DNA of 64,000 bases, taken from contig NC_043000.1 in the NCBI RefSeq assembly GCF_006345805.1, forward strand, positions 1,612,001 to 1,676,000, written 5' to 3'. Position 1 is the stretch's first letter; every line of letters begins with the position of its first letter. A program made the position numbers and the translations under genes. Positions 25,563 to 38,643 of the stretch are shown here, piece by piece. The notes beneath the pieces were generated by a model, which did no database searches, was not told the DNA's origin, and worked only from the letters and a program-made list of their open reading frames with translations. The DNA is from Octopus sinensis. Its lineage: Eukaryota.

Positions 25563-25857
25563 GAAAGCACGTACGTAGTCACACACACACGCTTACGCAC
25601 ACACTCACACAACCTAGATATTAGTGCAATTTTACGGAAGACTAACTATGCAATAATCTGATATACGCCTTACCGACTTATTTACATATTTACCTTTCTC
25701 TTTCACTCACGCAAATAAACATTCTGCAGTTTATATATTTCTGGCTTTTCGATAACCATATATAATTTTGTTGTTGTTTGTGTATGAGTTTGTGAGCGTG
25801 TGTATATGGAGTAATTATTATAGCTATGTTTGTTTTCGTTTATATATATATATATAT

Positions 25858-26325
25858 ACTCTTTTACTCTTTACTCTTTTACTTGTTTCAGTCATTTGAC
25901 TGCGGCCATGCTGGAGCACCGCCTTTAGTCGAGCAAATCGACCCCGGGACCCACTCTTTGCAAGCCCAGTACTCATTCTATCGGTTTCCCCTACCGAACC
26001 GCTAAGTGACAGGGACGTAAACACACCAGCATCGGTTGTCAGCAATGCTAGGGGGGACAAACACAGACACACAAACACACACAACACACATATATATATA
26101 TATAATATATATATATATATATGTATATATAAATTGTATATGTATCTATATATATATACATATATACGACAGGCCTCTTTCAGTTTCTGTCTACCAAATC
26201 CACTCACAAGGCATTGGTCGGCCCGGGGCTATAGCAGAAAAGACACTTGCCCAAGATGCCACGCAGTGGGACTGAACCGGAACCATGATGTTGGTTAGCA
26301 AGCAACGTACCACACAGCCACTCCT
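25858..26325 (-). mobile_element. Family B SINE with expanded (TA)n linker
   Basis: Reverse complement of the 6898 copy. Confidence 0.9.
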
Positions 26326-26338
26326 ATATATATATATG

Positions 26339-26433
<95 letters not shown>

Positions 26434-26630
26434 TATATATTTATATATATGTAATATTATGCAATATATATATATAATAATAAATATTAGGGAATAAATC
26501 CAAAATTTACAGGGAAAAATCAGATTTAGGATTAAATCCAATTTTATAGTAAAATATTATATAATATTAATTAGAGACAAAACACATTTTGTAAAACTTC
26601 ATAAATTGTAACTGATTGAAAATCGGAAAT

Positions 26631-26671
26631 CCACCTGAAGATTGTTTTGAGGACGGAAACAATTGTAGTGG
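26631..26671 (+). ncRNA. Hammerhead-like fold with degenerate helix II
   Basis: CCAC-CTGAAGA-ttgttttgaggacg-GAAA-CAATTG-TA-GTGG; helix I and palindromic helix III perfect, GUA triplet. Confidence 0.55.
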
Positions 26672-27298
26672 CGGTTTTTTTACTTTTTATTAAAATTTTA
26701 TGTATTGATTAAGTCTTTCCTTGTTTGTTCTATTAATATTATATATATATATATAATATATATATATATTAATTAGAGACAAACAAGGACATGTATGTAT
26801 ATATATATACGTATGTATGTATATATATGTATGTATATATGTATGTATACATATATATTATATATATGCATATATATATATATATACACATATATCTATA
26901 TGTGCATATACATATTTATATATGTATATATACAAATATATACATATATGTATGTATATATATCATATACACATGCATGCACGCATGCATACATACATAT
27001 ATACATACATACATATGTATGCGTATGTGCATGTATGTGTATGTATATATGCACATGTATATATATGTTTTGCATTTTTATTTTTTACTCCTTTCAGGCA
27101 TTTGAAGGGTTTTAAGCGACAAACAAATCGACCCCACCATATTTTTGTTTAAAAATCTGGTACTTATTCTATCGGTTATCATTTGCCGAACCGTAAAAAA
27201 TATGGAGACGTAAACAAACTGACACCGGTCGTAAAGCAGTAGGGACAAACCACACACACACACGCACACACACACACACACACAGACACACACACACA

Positions 27299-27339
<41 letters not shown>

Positions 27340-27571
27340 GATATATATATAATTATATATATATATATATACTCGATGGCTTTCTCCAGTTTCCGTCAAC
27401 CAAATCTACTCACAAGGCTTAGGTCAGCCGTGGCTATAGTGGAAGACCCTCTTCCAAGGTGCTACGCAGTGGGACTGAACCCGGAAACTAAATAGTGTTG
27501 GTAACAAGCATAATTTCTACTACCGCGCGCGATACATATGTATATGTATATATATATTATATATATAATTT

Positions 27572-27613
<42 letters not shown>

Positions 27614-27627
27614 CATATATATATAGA

Positions 27628-27679
<52 letters not shown>

Positions 27680-27859
27680 TGCGCTCTATATGTATGTAAA
27701 TGATACACGCGCGCCACTCGTGCAGACAGTGCACAATGTCAGATTTTTTGTTTTGTGTATGTGTGCGTGCGTGCGCGCTTTGTGCGTGTGTGTATTTGTG
27801 TGTGTGTGGGGTTCTGTGTGTTTGTTTGCGCGTATCTATATATAGAAATAGAATGGTTG

Positions 27860-28420
27860 AGTGTTTTGCAGCGGTTGTATTTTTTTTATTAATGCAGCAC
27901 ACACGCAGCTTACATGTACCTATACATACATACATACATACACACATACATACATACACACATACATACATTACACAATACATACATACATACAACATGC
28001 ATACATACACACATACATAATACATACAATACATACATACATACATACATACATACATACATACATACCTAACATAAATACACACATTCATACATACATA
28101 CAAAACAACATACCAAACATACATACATACATACACACAATTAATACATACATACATACATACATTCATACATTCATACATACATACATACATACATACA
28201 TACATACATACATACATACATACATACTACATACATGCATACATACATGCATACATACATACATGCCATACAATAACACATACACACATACATACATACA
28301 TACGTACATACATACATACATACATGCATACATACACACATGCATACATACATACACACATACATACATACATACATACATACATACATACATACATACA
28401 TACATACATACATACATACG
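27860..28420. repeat. (TACA)n degenerate satellite
   Basis: Direct inspection. Confidence 0.95.
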
Positions 28421-28707
28421 TCGATTGATCTGGACGTCCTGAGATGGAAGAAGGGCACAAATGAATGCCCCCACTGAAGAAAGGGGATGAAACGAGCGGA
28501 AGAAAAACAGGAACTTTCCCATCTAAAAAAGCGCACTCAACGGACGGAAAAACCAGTAGCGCCGGCAGACAGCTCCTTCAAATGTTGTCAATATTTGCAT
28601 TCTAAACGCGGGAATCCATATGATTATGCACAAAAAAATGTGGAAATACCTACTCTGAACTATTGAGAAATCTGCAGTTACTCTATCCATTTTACAAGTT
28701 CAGGTTT

Positions 28708-29310
28708 ATACCTATTTATTTACTACCCACAAGGGGCTGAACACAGAGAGGACAAACAAGGACAGACAAACGGATTAAGTCGATTACATCGACCCCAGTG
28801 CGTTACTGGTACTTATTAATCGACCCGAAAGGATTAAAGGCAAAGTCGACCTCGGCGAATTTGAACTCAGAACGTAGCGACAGAAGAAATACCTATTTCT
28901 TTATTACCCACAAGGGGCTAAACACAGAGAGGACAAACAAGGACAGACAAACGGATTTAAGTCGATACATCGACCCCAGTGCGTTACTGGTACTTATTTA
29001 ATCGACCCCGAAAGGATGAAAGGCAAAGTCGACCTCGGCGGAATTTGAACTCAGACGTTAACGGCAGACGAAATACCTATTTCTTTATTACCCACAAGGG
29101 GCTAAACACAAGAGAGGACAAACAAGGACAGACAAACGGATTAAGTCGATTATATCGACCTAAGTGCGTAACTAGTACTTAATTTATCGACCCCGAAAGG
29201 ATGAAAGGCAAAGTCGACCTCGGCGGAATTCGAACTCAGAACGTAGCGACAGACGAAAAACGGCTACGCATTTCGCCCGGCGTGCTAACGTTTCTGTCAG
29301 CTCGCCGCCT
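28708..29310 (-). mobile_element. Family A tRNA-derived SINE, head-to-tail trimer
   Basis: One full head plus two head-truncated units; central gccgaggtcgactttgcctttcatcctttcggggtcgataaa domain. Confidence 0.9.
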
Positions 29311-29899
29311 TTCATGTTTATACCTGCAATTATTAGGGCCCTAGGGTATGTAACACACTGCCTAAATACCAATCTTGAGAAATTAGGTTTTTCAAAACCA
29401 GAAAGGAGAAAGGTCGTGAGTGCGATTCCCGGCGGTGCATTGTGGCCTTGAGCAAGACACTTAATTTCACGTTGCTCCAGTCTACTTTGCTGGTAAAAAT
29501 GAACCGGCCTTGTCACAATCTGTGTCACGCTGAATGACCCTGTTAATAGTATGCGTGTTTGTGGAGTGCCCAGTCACTTTGCACGTTAATTTCACGAGCA
29601 GGCTGTTCTGTTGATCGGGTCAACTGGGAGCTTCGTTGTCGTAACCGACAGAGTGCCATATATTTATTTATTTATTTATCAACAAAGATTGCTGTGCGTG
29701 TGTTCACAAAAAAAAGAGACAGACTGATGAATGGTATGCCACCATGCCTATCGACTGGAGGTTATCGTAGATTGTTGACGATGGTCAGTGTGATAAGCAC
29801 TAAAAGAAACTTTTTTCTCAGATATCCTTTACGTTTCCTCTGGTGTCCTGCAGCCATGGTGATCAGTAGAATGTTCGCCATCATAAAGCACAAGGTGGC

Positions 29900-30310
29900 G
29901 AGCTGGCAGAAACGTTAGCACGCCGGGAATAATGCTTAGCAGTATTTCGTCTGCCGTTACGTTCTGAGTTCAAATTAGGCCGAGGTCGACTTTGCCTTTC
30001 ATCCTTTCGGGGTCGATAAATTAAGTACCAGTTATGCACTGGGTTTCATATAATCGGCTTAATCCGTTTGTCTGTCCCTATTTGTCCTCTCTGTGTTTAG
30101 CCCCTTGTGGGTAGTAAAGAAACAACTATTTCGTCTGCCGTTACGTTCTGAGTTCAAATTCTGCCGAGGTCGACTTTGCCTTTCATCCTTTCGAGGTCGA
30201 TAAATTAAGTACTAGTTACGCACTGGGGTCGATGCAATCGACTTAATCCCTTTGTCTGTCCTTGTTTGTCCCCTCTATGTTTAGCCCCTTGTTAGCAATA
30301 AAGAAATAAA
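29900..30310 (+). mobile_element. Family A SINE dimer
   Basis: Same head and repeated body as the 19785 copy. Confidence 0.88.
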
Positions 30311-30329
30311 GCACAATCTTTTCCAGACG

Positions 30330-30690
30330 ATGAACTTCCATGCTGGAATCGTGTCCTGCTCGACGCGGCTGCAAATTTAAAGTATGGCTTCAATACTGGT
30401 GGCTTCCACCTGTTCAGAAGACTTCAATCCAATATTGGTAACAAAGTTACTTCAGTAGATGTTAAAGGAAGTGCAGAGGTAACGCTGGCGGAAGCACCGA
30501 GGGAATCGTATATGACGGTGGTAAGTAACCCACGACTCGAAGCCGTACAGAAGTGTGATCAGTACGACAGCTCTGTACATGCTGATCTTTATATCTTTCC
30601 ACGGGTGTTTGTTGTTCAAGATTCTTGCATATGCTCACAACCCATGCATAAATCATATATATTCAACGCTGATTACAAAAATACTTAACG
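30330..30690 (-). mobile_element. RTE/BovB-like LINE RT C-terminal relic
   Basis: Minus strand reads KISMYRAVVLITLLYGFESWVTYHRHIR...EQVEATSIEAIL, with stops and frameshifts. Confidence 0.8.
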
Positions 30691-30803
30691 AACAATTTGA
30701 AATGGGACATTACATAAACATCTGGCTTGAACCCATGACCGGTTGAAATGGAACCAACTTTTTATCTCTCTATGAACCTATTTACTGTCTTTATACGGAC
30801 CTA

Positions 30804-31324
30804 CCGTAAATCCTCGAGCATAGTCCGCCCTTGAGTATAATATGCAGGGGGTTTTTAGGGGGCTGTACCTCTGAAAAGCCTAAACCTTGTGTATAACACG
30901 CACTCCTTCTCTAACTTGAGTCGTGCGTAATTAAGCCAGCAGCACCCAGTCGAACAAACACTTCCGCGCATGCGTAATACAATAATGGTAATGTTCTTAA
31001 CTGTTATATGGGAATGTAAATATGTTTGCAAATTGTTTTTGTTACATGTTATTCTGTGTTCTGAATACTTTTATTTTAATAAATGTTGCTTACTGCAAAT
31101 TATGGATGATTCTTTTATGACTTCATTGCTTTCAGGCTTAGCTTAAAGGAATCTCGCGCCCGACATCACAAAATGCGTCTGAATAAACATTGCCGGACAG
31201 CAAATAGAGACTCGGACATTGCTTAGAAAATATTTTTCATTTTTAGCCGAATATATAGTATGCACTAGGGATTTTGACCTTTAAATTTTGGGAAAAAGTG
31301 CGGGTTATACTCGAGGATTTACGG
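30804..31324. mobile_element. Tc1/mariner-pogo (Tigger-like) MITE
   Basis: TA|CCGTAAATCCTCGAG ... CTCGAGGATTTACGG|TA; TIRs with TA TSD. Confidence 0.85.
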
Positions 31325-31874
31325 TATATACACAGATACATTTATCATTATATATCTCTTCCAAATCAAACACGTTCATATTTAATATAAAGCTCACGTT
31401 GGTTCATGTTCTGAGTTCTCAGTATATAGGAAATAATGATGAGATTGGCTTAAGTTGGCATGGTCAGAAATAACCTAGACTTAAACAACAACAACAACAA
31501 TATATACTACAATACACATGCCGTTATAATAACCTATAAATGAATTATCTGAGATTTTTAGCATAAAGTTATATTAGACATTATGAGCAGAAAAGAATAA
31601 GGGGCCCACTGAAAGGCTAAAGAGAAGGGTTTGAAATTCTGTAGGCTGACATCTATAAGGGGAAAATTGAGCAGTTCTGGGAAGAAAGGATTGGATGTAA
31701 AGAAAGGATGGACCTAGGTCTGGTGGCATCATGGGCAAGCTGAAAGTTTGGCTCCCTTACAAGAATGATTTTGAAATTTTCTCAAGGAGGAAAAGAAAAA
31801 TGATAACAAATGAAGAAATAGAGTACAGTTCAAACATATCAAATATCCAATCTTCATAGTGAGATAACTGGGAT

Positions 31875-32278
31875 ATACATGCATACATACATACATACAT
31901 ACATACATACATACATACATACATACATACATACATACATCATACATACATACAGACATACATACAAACACACACATACATACATCATACATACATACAT
32001 ACATACATCATACATACATCATACATACATACATAATACAACATATACATACATACATATACATCATACATACATACATAATACATACTACATACATGCA
32101 TACATACATACATACATACCTAATACATCATCCATACATACATACATGCATACATACATACATACATCATACATACATACCATCATACATACATACATAC
32201 ATCATACATACTACATACATACATCATACATACATACATACATACATACATACATCATACATACATACATACATACAT

Positions 32279-32312
<34 letters not shown>

Positions 32313-32473
32313 CATACATACATACCATAATAACTCATCATACATACATACATACATCATACATACATACATACATACATACATACATACATCATACATA
32401 CATACATACATACATCATACATACATATATACATACATACATACACACATACATACATACATACATACATACA

Positions 32474-32509
<36 letters not shown>

Positions 32510-32518
32510 TATATATTA
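31875..32518. repeat. (TACA)n degenerate satellite
   Basis: Direct inspection. Confidence 0.95.
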
Positions 32519-32620
32519 AGAGTAATGGTAACACAACAGAAGAATGAAAGAAACCTCGATATTATGTAAATAGAGGAATTTATTTGTAATATAATATGTG
32601 ACAATTATTCGGTTGCCATA

Positions 32621-32679
32621 ATAAAACTCCGAGTTTCTGATGTCGGGGAGGAAACCTGTACTGCCATCTCTTCAGTTAT
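32621..32679 (-). ncRNA. Hammerhead-like fold, left arm of palindrome
   Basis: ATAA-CTGAAGA-GATG..CATC-A-GAAA-CTCgGAG-TT-TTAT; one extra nt before GAAA, GUU triplet. Confidence 0.55.
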
Positions 32680-32717
32680 CGAGGCAATTAAAAAAATTGC
32701 ATATTTTAATTGCCTCG

Positions 32718-32776
32718 ATAACTGAAGAGATGCCGATGCAGGTTTCTGTCCCGACATCCGAAACTCGGAGTTTTCA
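32718..32776 (+). ncRNA. Hammerhead-like fold, right arm of palindrome
   Basis: ATAA-CTGAAGA-GATG..CATC-C-GAAA-CTCgGAG-TT-TTCA; helix I partly disrupted. Confidence 0.5.
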
Positions 32777-32874
32777 TTATGGCAACCGAACCGAATTATT
32801 GTCACATATTATATTACAAATATACACACACACACACACACACACACCACACACACACATATATAATATATACA

Positions 32875-32909
<35 letters not shown>

Positions 32910-33583
32910 GATATATATAATGATGTATGTATGTATGTATATACAGAGAGGGAGAGAGAGAGAGAGAGAGGAAGATAGAGAGAGAGAGAGATATAGAGAT
33001 AGATAGATAGATAGATAGATATAGATAGATAGATAGATAGATAGATGGATGGATGGATGGATGGATGGATGGATGGAGGAATGAATGGAGGGAGGGAGGG
33101 AGGGAGGGAGGGAGGGAGGGGAGTGATGAAAGGTTGTCGGAAGAGTACATTTGATCATAAAACTGCTGAAAATTGGATGAATTTCCTGATGCCCAATCTG
33201 GGCAGCCCTAGCATTTTGAAATAAGCTCGACTCAAGCCAATTAACTTTCACAGTTCCTTTTTATTCCATTTTATGTACTTTTTCCACATTATTTTCTCCA
33301 AACATATGATGTAACGCCAGGCTTGCCGGTTTCTTCAGCCGGACTTTGGAGATGTATTTAGTGAAGCAATCAAGAGAGCTAAAGCTTTTAATAAACATTT
33401 ATATCATTAAATAAAAAAAAATATTATCAGGAGTGGCTGTGCGATAAGTAGCTTGCTTGCGAACCACATGGTTCCGGGTTCAGTCCCACAGCGTGCCACC
33501 TTGGGCAAGTGTCTTCTACTATAGCCTCGGGTCGACCAAAGCCTTGTGAGTGGATTTGGTAGACGGAAACTGAATGATATATA

Positions 33584-33629
<46 letters not shown>

Positions 33630-33636
<7 letters not shown>

Positions 33637-33988
33637 AACTTATAAGTAAGGGCTAAAGAAAATTATTTCAAAGCCAATATGCTGATAACAGAGTATTAAA
33701 TCGTCAATTTCCACATATAATCTACACGCTACAAAAATCGAAGAACTGAAGTCGGTTCTCTCGTAAGCTCTACTGAAGAGGAATAAGTCTTTTATGAGAT
33801 TAATTCCGAAATTGATTCAATATAGAGATAACGAATTTTAAAGATTCTAACGGCCAGCTTGCCCGACTTCAGTTCTTCGATTTTTGTAGCGAGTAGATTA
33901 TATGTGGAAATTGACGATTTAATAGTCTGTTATCAGCATATTGGCTTTGAAATAATTTTCTTTAGCCTTTACTTATAAGTTGTTTATA
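33630..33988. repeat. Long inverted repeat (126-bp arms, 107-bp spacer holding a hammerhead)
   Basis: 33630-33755 is the reverse complement of 33863-33988 with about 3 mismatches. Confidence 0.92.
33768..33827 (+). ncRNA. Minimal type I hammerhead ribozyme fold
   Basis: CTCTA-CTGAAGA-GGAAT..ATTCC-GAAA-TTGAtTCAA-TA-TAGAG: full core, helices I, II and palindromic III; predicted cleavage after A33822 (AUA). Confidence 0.75.
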
Positions 33989-34076
33989 ATTTAACCGTAA
34001 AGGTATTTTAATATGCTGCACATTCTTGATGGAATTTTTTCTGTAGAGAAAAAAATTTCATCCTAGTATTATAGTA

Positions 34077-34129
<53 letters not shown>

Positions 34130-34244
34130 GTGTGTGTGTGTTGTGTGTGTGTGTGTGTGTGTGGTGTGTGTGTGTGGTGTGTGTGTGTGGTGTATGTATG
34201 TATGGATGTATGTATGTATGTATGTATGTATGTATGTATGTATG

Positions 34245-34760
34245 GTGGATCACTTTGGTGATGTCAGGTCACTTTCGAGTGCTACTGGTAACATGTAACC
34301 CAGTACAACCTGTTGCATGGTCGGGTCGTTGGCGACTAAACCGGCAACCCCACCAAGCTTGCTTGGTGAGGAAGGTGTTTATTGGACACCCTGCAGGATG
34401 AAAAACAAAACCCGTCAAAGGGCGGATGAACTCTTGAGAGTCAACGGCCATCCAATAAATGCCTTAAGGCTGTATCATGCGCGGGGACATAGAAATAATC
34501 GGACTGAATACCCGATCGCGCGGTTAAACCATTAGGAGTGAAGGACTTCTAGCCTTTGTTAGGGCATCCTTCTAGGAGAAGGTAACTCAGGAAACTGGGA
34601 TAACTCCGACATAAAACCTGCGGCTCAGTGGTACCGATGATGTTGACTTGTTGTTTTTGGATATGGCTGCTGTTGCTTAGTGAGTGGGATTGACTCGGTG
34701 CACAGCCTTTCCTCACTTAAAAAAATCTTCTTGCACAGGCATTGCACGATAACAACATTG
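34245..34760 (+). mobile_element. RTE-like LINE 5'-UTR fragment inserted in a microsatellite
   Basis: ctaggagaaggtaactc...taaaacc motif typical of RTE 5' regions; strong hairpin caccaagc/gcttggtg. Confidence 0.45.
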
Positions 34761-34821
34761 ATTAAGCTTCGGGCAATGGCCATACTCGATAACAAGGGGG
34801 CAGCCACCATGTATGTATAAA

Positions 34822-34853
<32 letters not shown>

Positions 34854-35263
34854 TATATATTATGTATGTATGATGTATGTATGTATGTAGGTATGTATGT
34901 ATGTATGTGTATGTGTTTGTGTGACTGTTTGTCCCCCTCCCCACATCGCTTGACATCCGATGCTGGTGTGTTTACGTCCCTGTAACATAGCGGTTAGGTA
35001 AAAGAGTAAAAGAATACAGCACAATAAGCGTAGCTTTACTCTCCAAAACAGAAATTATGAATTCTTAATGCATGTCCTTTCTGTACTCGTTAATTATTTA
35101 TATCAAGATATAAGCTGACATATGTAGGAGAATTCAGAGTAGTGAGAATGTCTTGGACGATTTCGAAAGGAAATGCATAATTTACTTCTTGGTTGTATTT
35201 TTCAAAGCAGGAAAATAGTTTGTTTGTCAGAAGCTAAGAGTGAAAAAGAAAAAAGAGGTTAAT

Positions 35264-35482
35264 TTATGTTGAAATGCTTTCACTGCAGAATATATGTCGC
35301 ATATAAAACTCGGGTTCACCTTGTACTTTGAAAGTGGACTTGTTAAGATGCATCATTAAGTCAACCATGAACGCCAATTTACACAACCATTCGTCGTTTT
35401 TTGCAAATAATGGCTGAGCACGAGTTTTCGCATTTGTCAATCTGCGTTTGAAATTCAAAAAGTTGTGAGAAAATTTTACCAT
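35264..35482 (-). mobile_element. hAT (Charlie/GTF2IRD2-type) transposase relic
   Basis: DEWLCKLAFMVDLMMHLNK..KVQG resembles WLCDLAFLVDI..HLN.LN..LQG. Confidence 0.7.
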
Positions 35483-35718
35483 TTCGAAGTTGCAGTGTGG
35501 TGCATCAAATCGTTATATTCACCTTATGTTTTTTTTTCAAATACGTCCGAAATATTTGGTGATTGAACCTATATGATTAGATCTATCGTAATACGATTAC
35601 ATCTATCGTAATAAGCATGTTATTTAAATGTCAGTAAAAGTCTATGGGTTTTGTGCATCCCATACAGCCAAAAGTTTAGTAGACTTAATCCAACAAAACT
35701 TTTTCCTACATTACACAC

Positions 35719-35767
<49 letters not shown>

Positions 35768-38273
35768 ACACATATATATATTCCCCAACTTTTGTTATAC
35801 ACGTTAGTCAGCAAATGTGCCTATATTTTAGAAAACAGTACGCTTTAAAATTAGCATTAATTCACAAAAGGTGTTGCTCTGTATTTCACTACAACTATGT
35901 CGTGAAATACAAATAGAAAATGGAAAATGATGTATACAGAGAAATAAAACAGTTTTGAAATCGCAACATTAATAAAAGTAAGGTTCATATGAAACATGCC
36001 GTAGGGAAAATCAAATGTTGCAATCATGCATTGCAGAAAATAGTGTTATTTACTTACTGGCTTGAGGGGAAGACATTCACATCAATAGTTTTAATACACC
36101 CTAGACGTTCCAAACCAAATTGCATTTAAACAATATTTTCTCCAATGTTTTGGAAATATTTTCACCAAGGATGACTGAATGGTTAAGAAATTGACTTCGA
36201 AACCACGTAATTTTGGGTTCAATCACAAAACACAAAACAAAAAAGTTTGTATGTGGATGACAGTTTTATTGGCATTGAAAATCTACCACTAAGTGTGTGA
36301 ATAGAGAAAGGTAAATGGCCCAAGGTTCGTGCGAAAGAAGTATGTGCGTGTGCCTCTGTGTGTGTGTGAGTAAAAACTATGCCTTCACGAAATTGCTTCA
36401 GACGACAGAAGTAAACTCTGTGAAAGAGAATCTGTCTAAGAGTCACAGAAGGACTCTTAGACCTGGGTTTTACAGATATCAAGAATATATAAATGTGTTA
36501 AAGCCAAACTAGGACGCGGAAACTAGAATCGAATGGATTTTTATCCATAGTCAACATTGTTTCATCAAAGATAATGGCGAATGGATTTTTAGTGAAACAA
36601 TCCGAGAACAATGGGAACGATCATGAAGATTGAGATTGCGACCCTTGGTTACAAACCCGCCGTATATCACCTATACACGCACACACATATATTTATATAT
36701 ATATGGGTGTATGTGCCTATCTTTGGACCCCCCCCCCCATCCTTTATTTTGGTACATTTCCACGTAACTTTAGCTGATCGGGAAAAAATGGGCGGATAGA
36801 ATAAGTATCAGGCTTTAAAAAAAATGTAAGTACTAGACAGAAACGATTTGTTCAGCCGAACCTTTAAATGTGTTGCCCCAGAATGAACGCAATTCAATGA
36901 CTGAAACAAGTAAAAGAACGAAAGAATGACCAAAATGCTTACCACAGTACAAGTCGCTAACTGATCTTTATAAACTCGAAGAAAAAAGATTTAAAAAGCC
37001 ATCTGTTGCAGTGAAGTTATTGCTACACATTTACAGGCGTAAAAACCCGCGTGTGTTAAGTACGGGTTATTAAATCATTTGAACAAGGTAGTTGTAAGTT
37101 TGAGGTTGGGGTGGTATCGGCCACCCATTGTTTGATCCAACATTTTAATGCTTAGTCCAGTATTCTAATGCTCATCCGGTACTCTAATACTGAGTACGGC
37201 ATTATAGTATTTGGTCTGACACTAGTATATAGTCCAAAAAACTAATACATATTCCGGCATTCTATTGTATAGTCCGATCTAGATATATTAAAGATATATT
37301 AAAGACAGTATGGTCCCGACAAGAACGTGCCTGGTCATCTGACTACGCAGCAACAACAATAACAAACAACTAAATAGAGTAAGGGATGTAGGCCACCATA
37401 CTGATTCTGTTTAAGTTAGCACTTTAAAAAAAATGGAAGAAAGATTTTATATTTAGACAATGGAAGAAAGACATTTTATATTTAGCCAACACTGCATATT
37501 CAGTGTTGGCTAAAATTTATAGATATATTCTGTTGTGCAGCATAGTATTGAAATTTATATTATAAGGAAAGTGTTTCTCGATCCCTCTGTCAGTCCGTCA
37601 CGCTCTATCCTTAGACTAGGAATTTTCAGGTAAATGAATTTATTCAATTTGTTCATGGAACGTAAGGTAAAACAAAGTTTGCGTTCTATTATTACTATTA
37701 TTACTCGGAGTTTACATTTTCCACAACGCCACCGAAAAATATGGTAATGATTACTTCTGTCACAAATACAATAACAGGGTGTGATGGAAAAAGATATAAA
37801 CAGAAAGATGTTGTTACACATTCATATCTATGTGTTTGCGTATGCCAAACTACATCCCCACTCTTGGCACTATTTTGTTAGTGAACAGTACAAACTGTGT
37901 GTAAAGTATATAATGTATTACTACGCTGAAGGTCGAGTCCGTGTATCATGAATAGTCAATAAACACGTAACAATAACAATGGTTTTCATTTGGTTGTCTA
38001 TCCCATTAGAACCCAAACTATACATAACAGATGTGAAAGAGACAAGAAAAGATAATGAAACTAGCGACAGATTTACAAAAAGGCCTTCACTCAGTAAAAT
38101 AGCTAATTCCGCTGTAAACATATTTCGATTTATTGAATGTGGTTCTTTCTACGACTTAAAGCAGATTCGTTTTAAAGTCGGTAAACTATTTTACAAAATA
38201 CTTTAGTTAGCAAAACAGTTAATTCTGCTGTTTGTGGGGTAAATAAGTTTTCCTCTTAAATTTTCCTCTTAAA

Positions 38274-38643
38274 TATTCTGAGCGCCTTGTTTCCCTGGGC
38301 ATGGATTCACTGAAGCTCCGGCGTCTGGCGACGGACTTGGTAAACACCCACAAAGTTATCAACCACCTCACCAACAACAACACTGAACACCTTTTTGATC
38401 TCCATGTGTCTAACACATGTGGACATGTCTACAAAGTCAGAAAACAACACAGCTCCCATGACTTTCGGAAACATTTTTTCACGCTCAGAGTTGCTGAAGC
38501 ATGGAACAAACTACCTGCGTCAGTTGTTGACTGCCACGACACTGCATCCTTTAAGGCCCTCATGCTTTCCGAAATCCGCCGAAACTACACCTGATTATAT
38601 ATACACTTTAGATGAGTTGTAGTGCACCTGAGCACTGTACACA

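Larger units (their letters stand above)
32581..32822. repeat. Near-perfect palindrome (~115-bp arms, ~10-nt spacer)
   Basis: tatttgtaatataatatgtgacaat...gaggcaattaaaa mirrored by ttttaattgcctc...attgtcacatattatattacaaata; a few substitutions and indels. Confidence 0.92.
33428..35015 (+). mobile_element. Family B SINE halves separated by nested insertions
   Basis: Head 33428-33575 and tail ~34915-35015 flank the hammerhead inverted repeat and the RTE-like fragment. Confidence 0.65.

Noticed and set aside
27576-28536. Long YIHT/MYVC ORFs (also 31879-32569, 40471-40842, 44005-45049)
   Set aside because: Microsatellite translations.
30327-30518. Apparent plus-strand exon (ttttccag acceptor, open frame DELPCWNRVLL..., GTAAGT donor)
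   Set aside because: The minus strand is clearly an RTE/BovB RT relic (YRAVVLITLLYGFESW); the plus-strand frame is its antisense shadow.
34310-34400. HDV-like ribozyme in the RTE-like 5' region
   Set aside because: A P4-like hairpin after GGCAAC is present, but I could not find P3/L3 or the J4/2 catalytic C motif.
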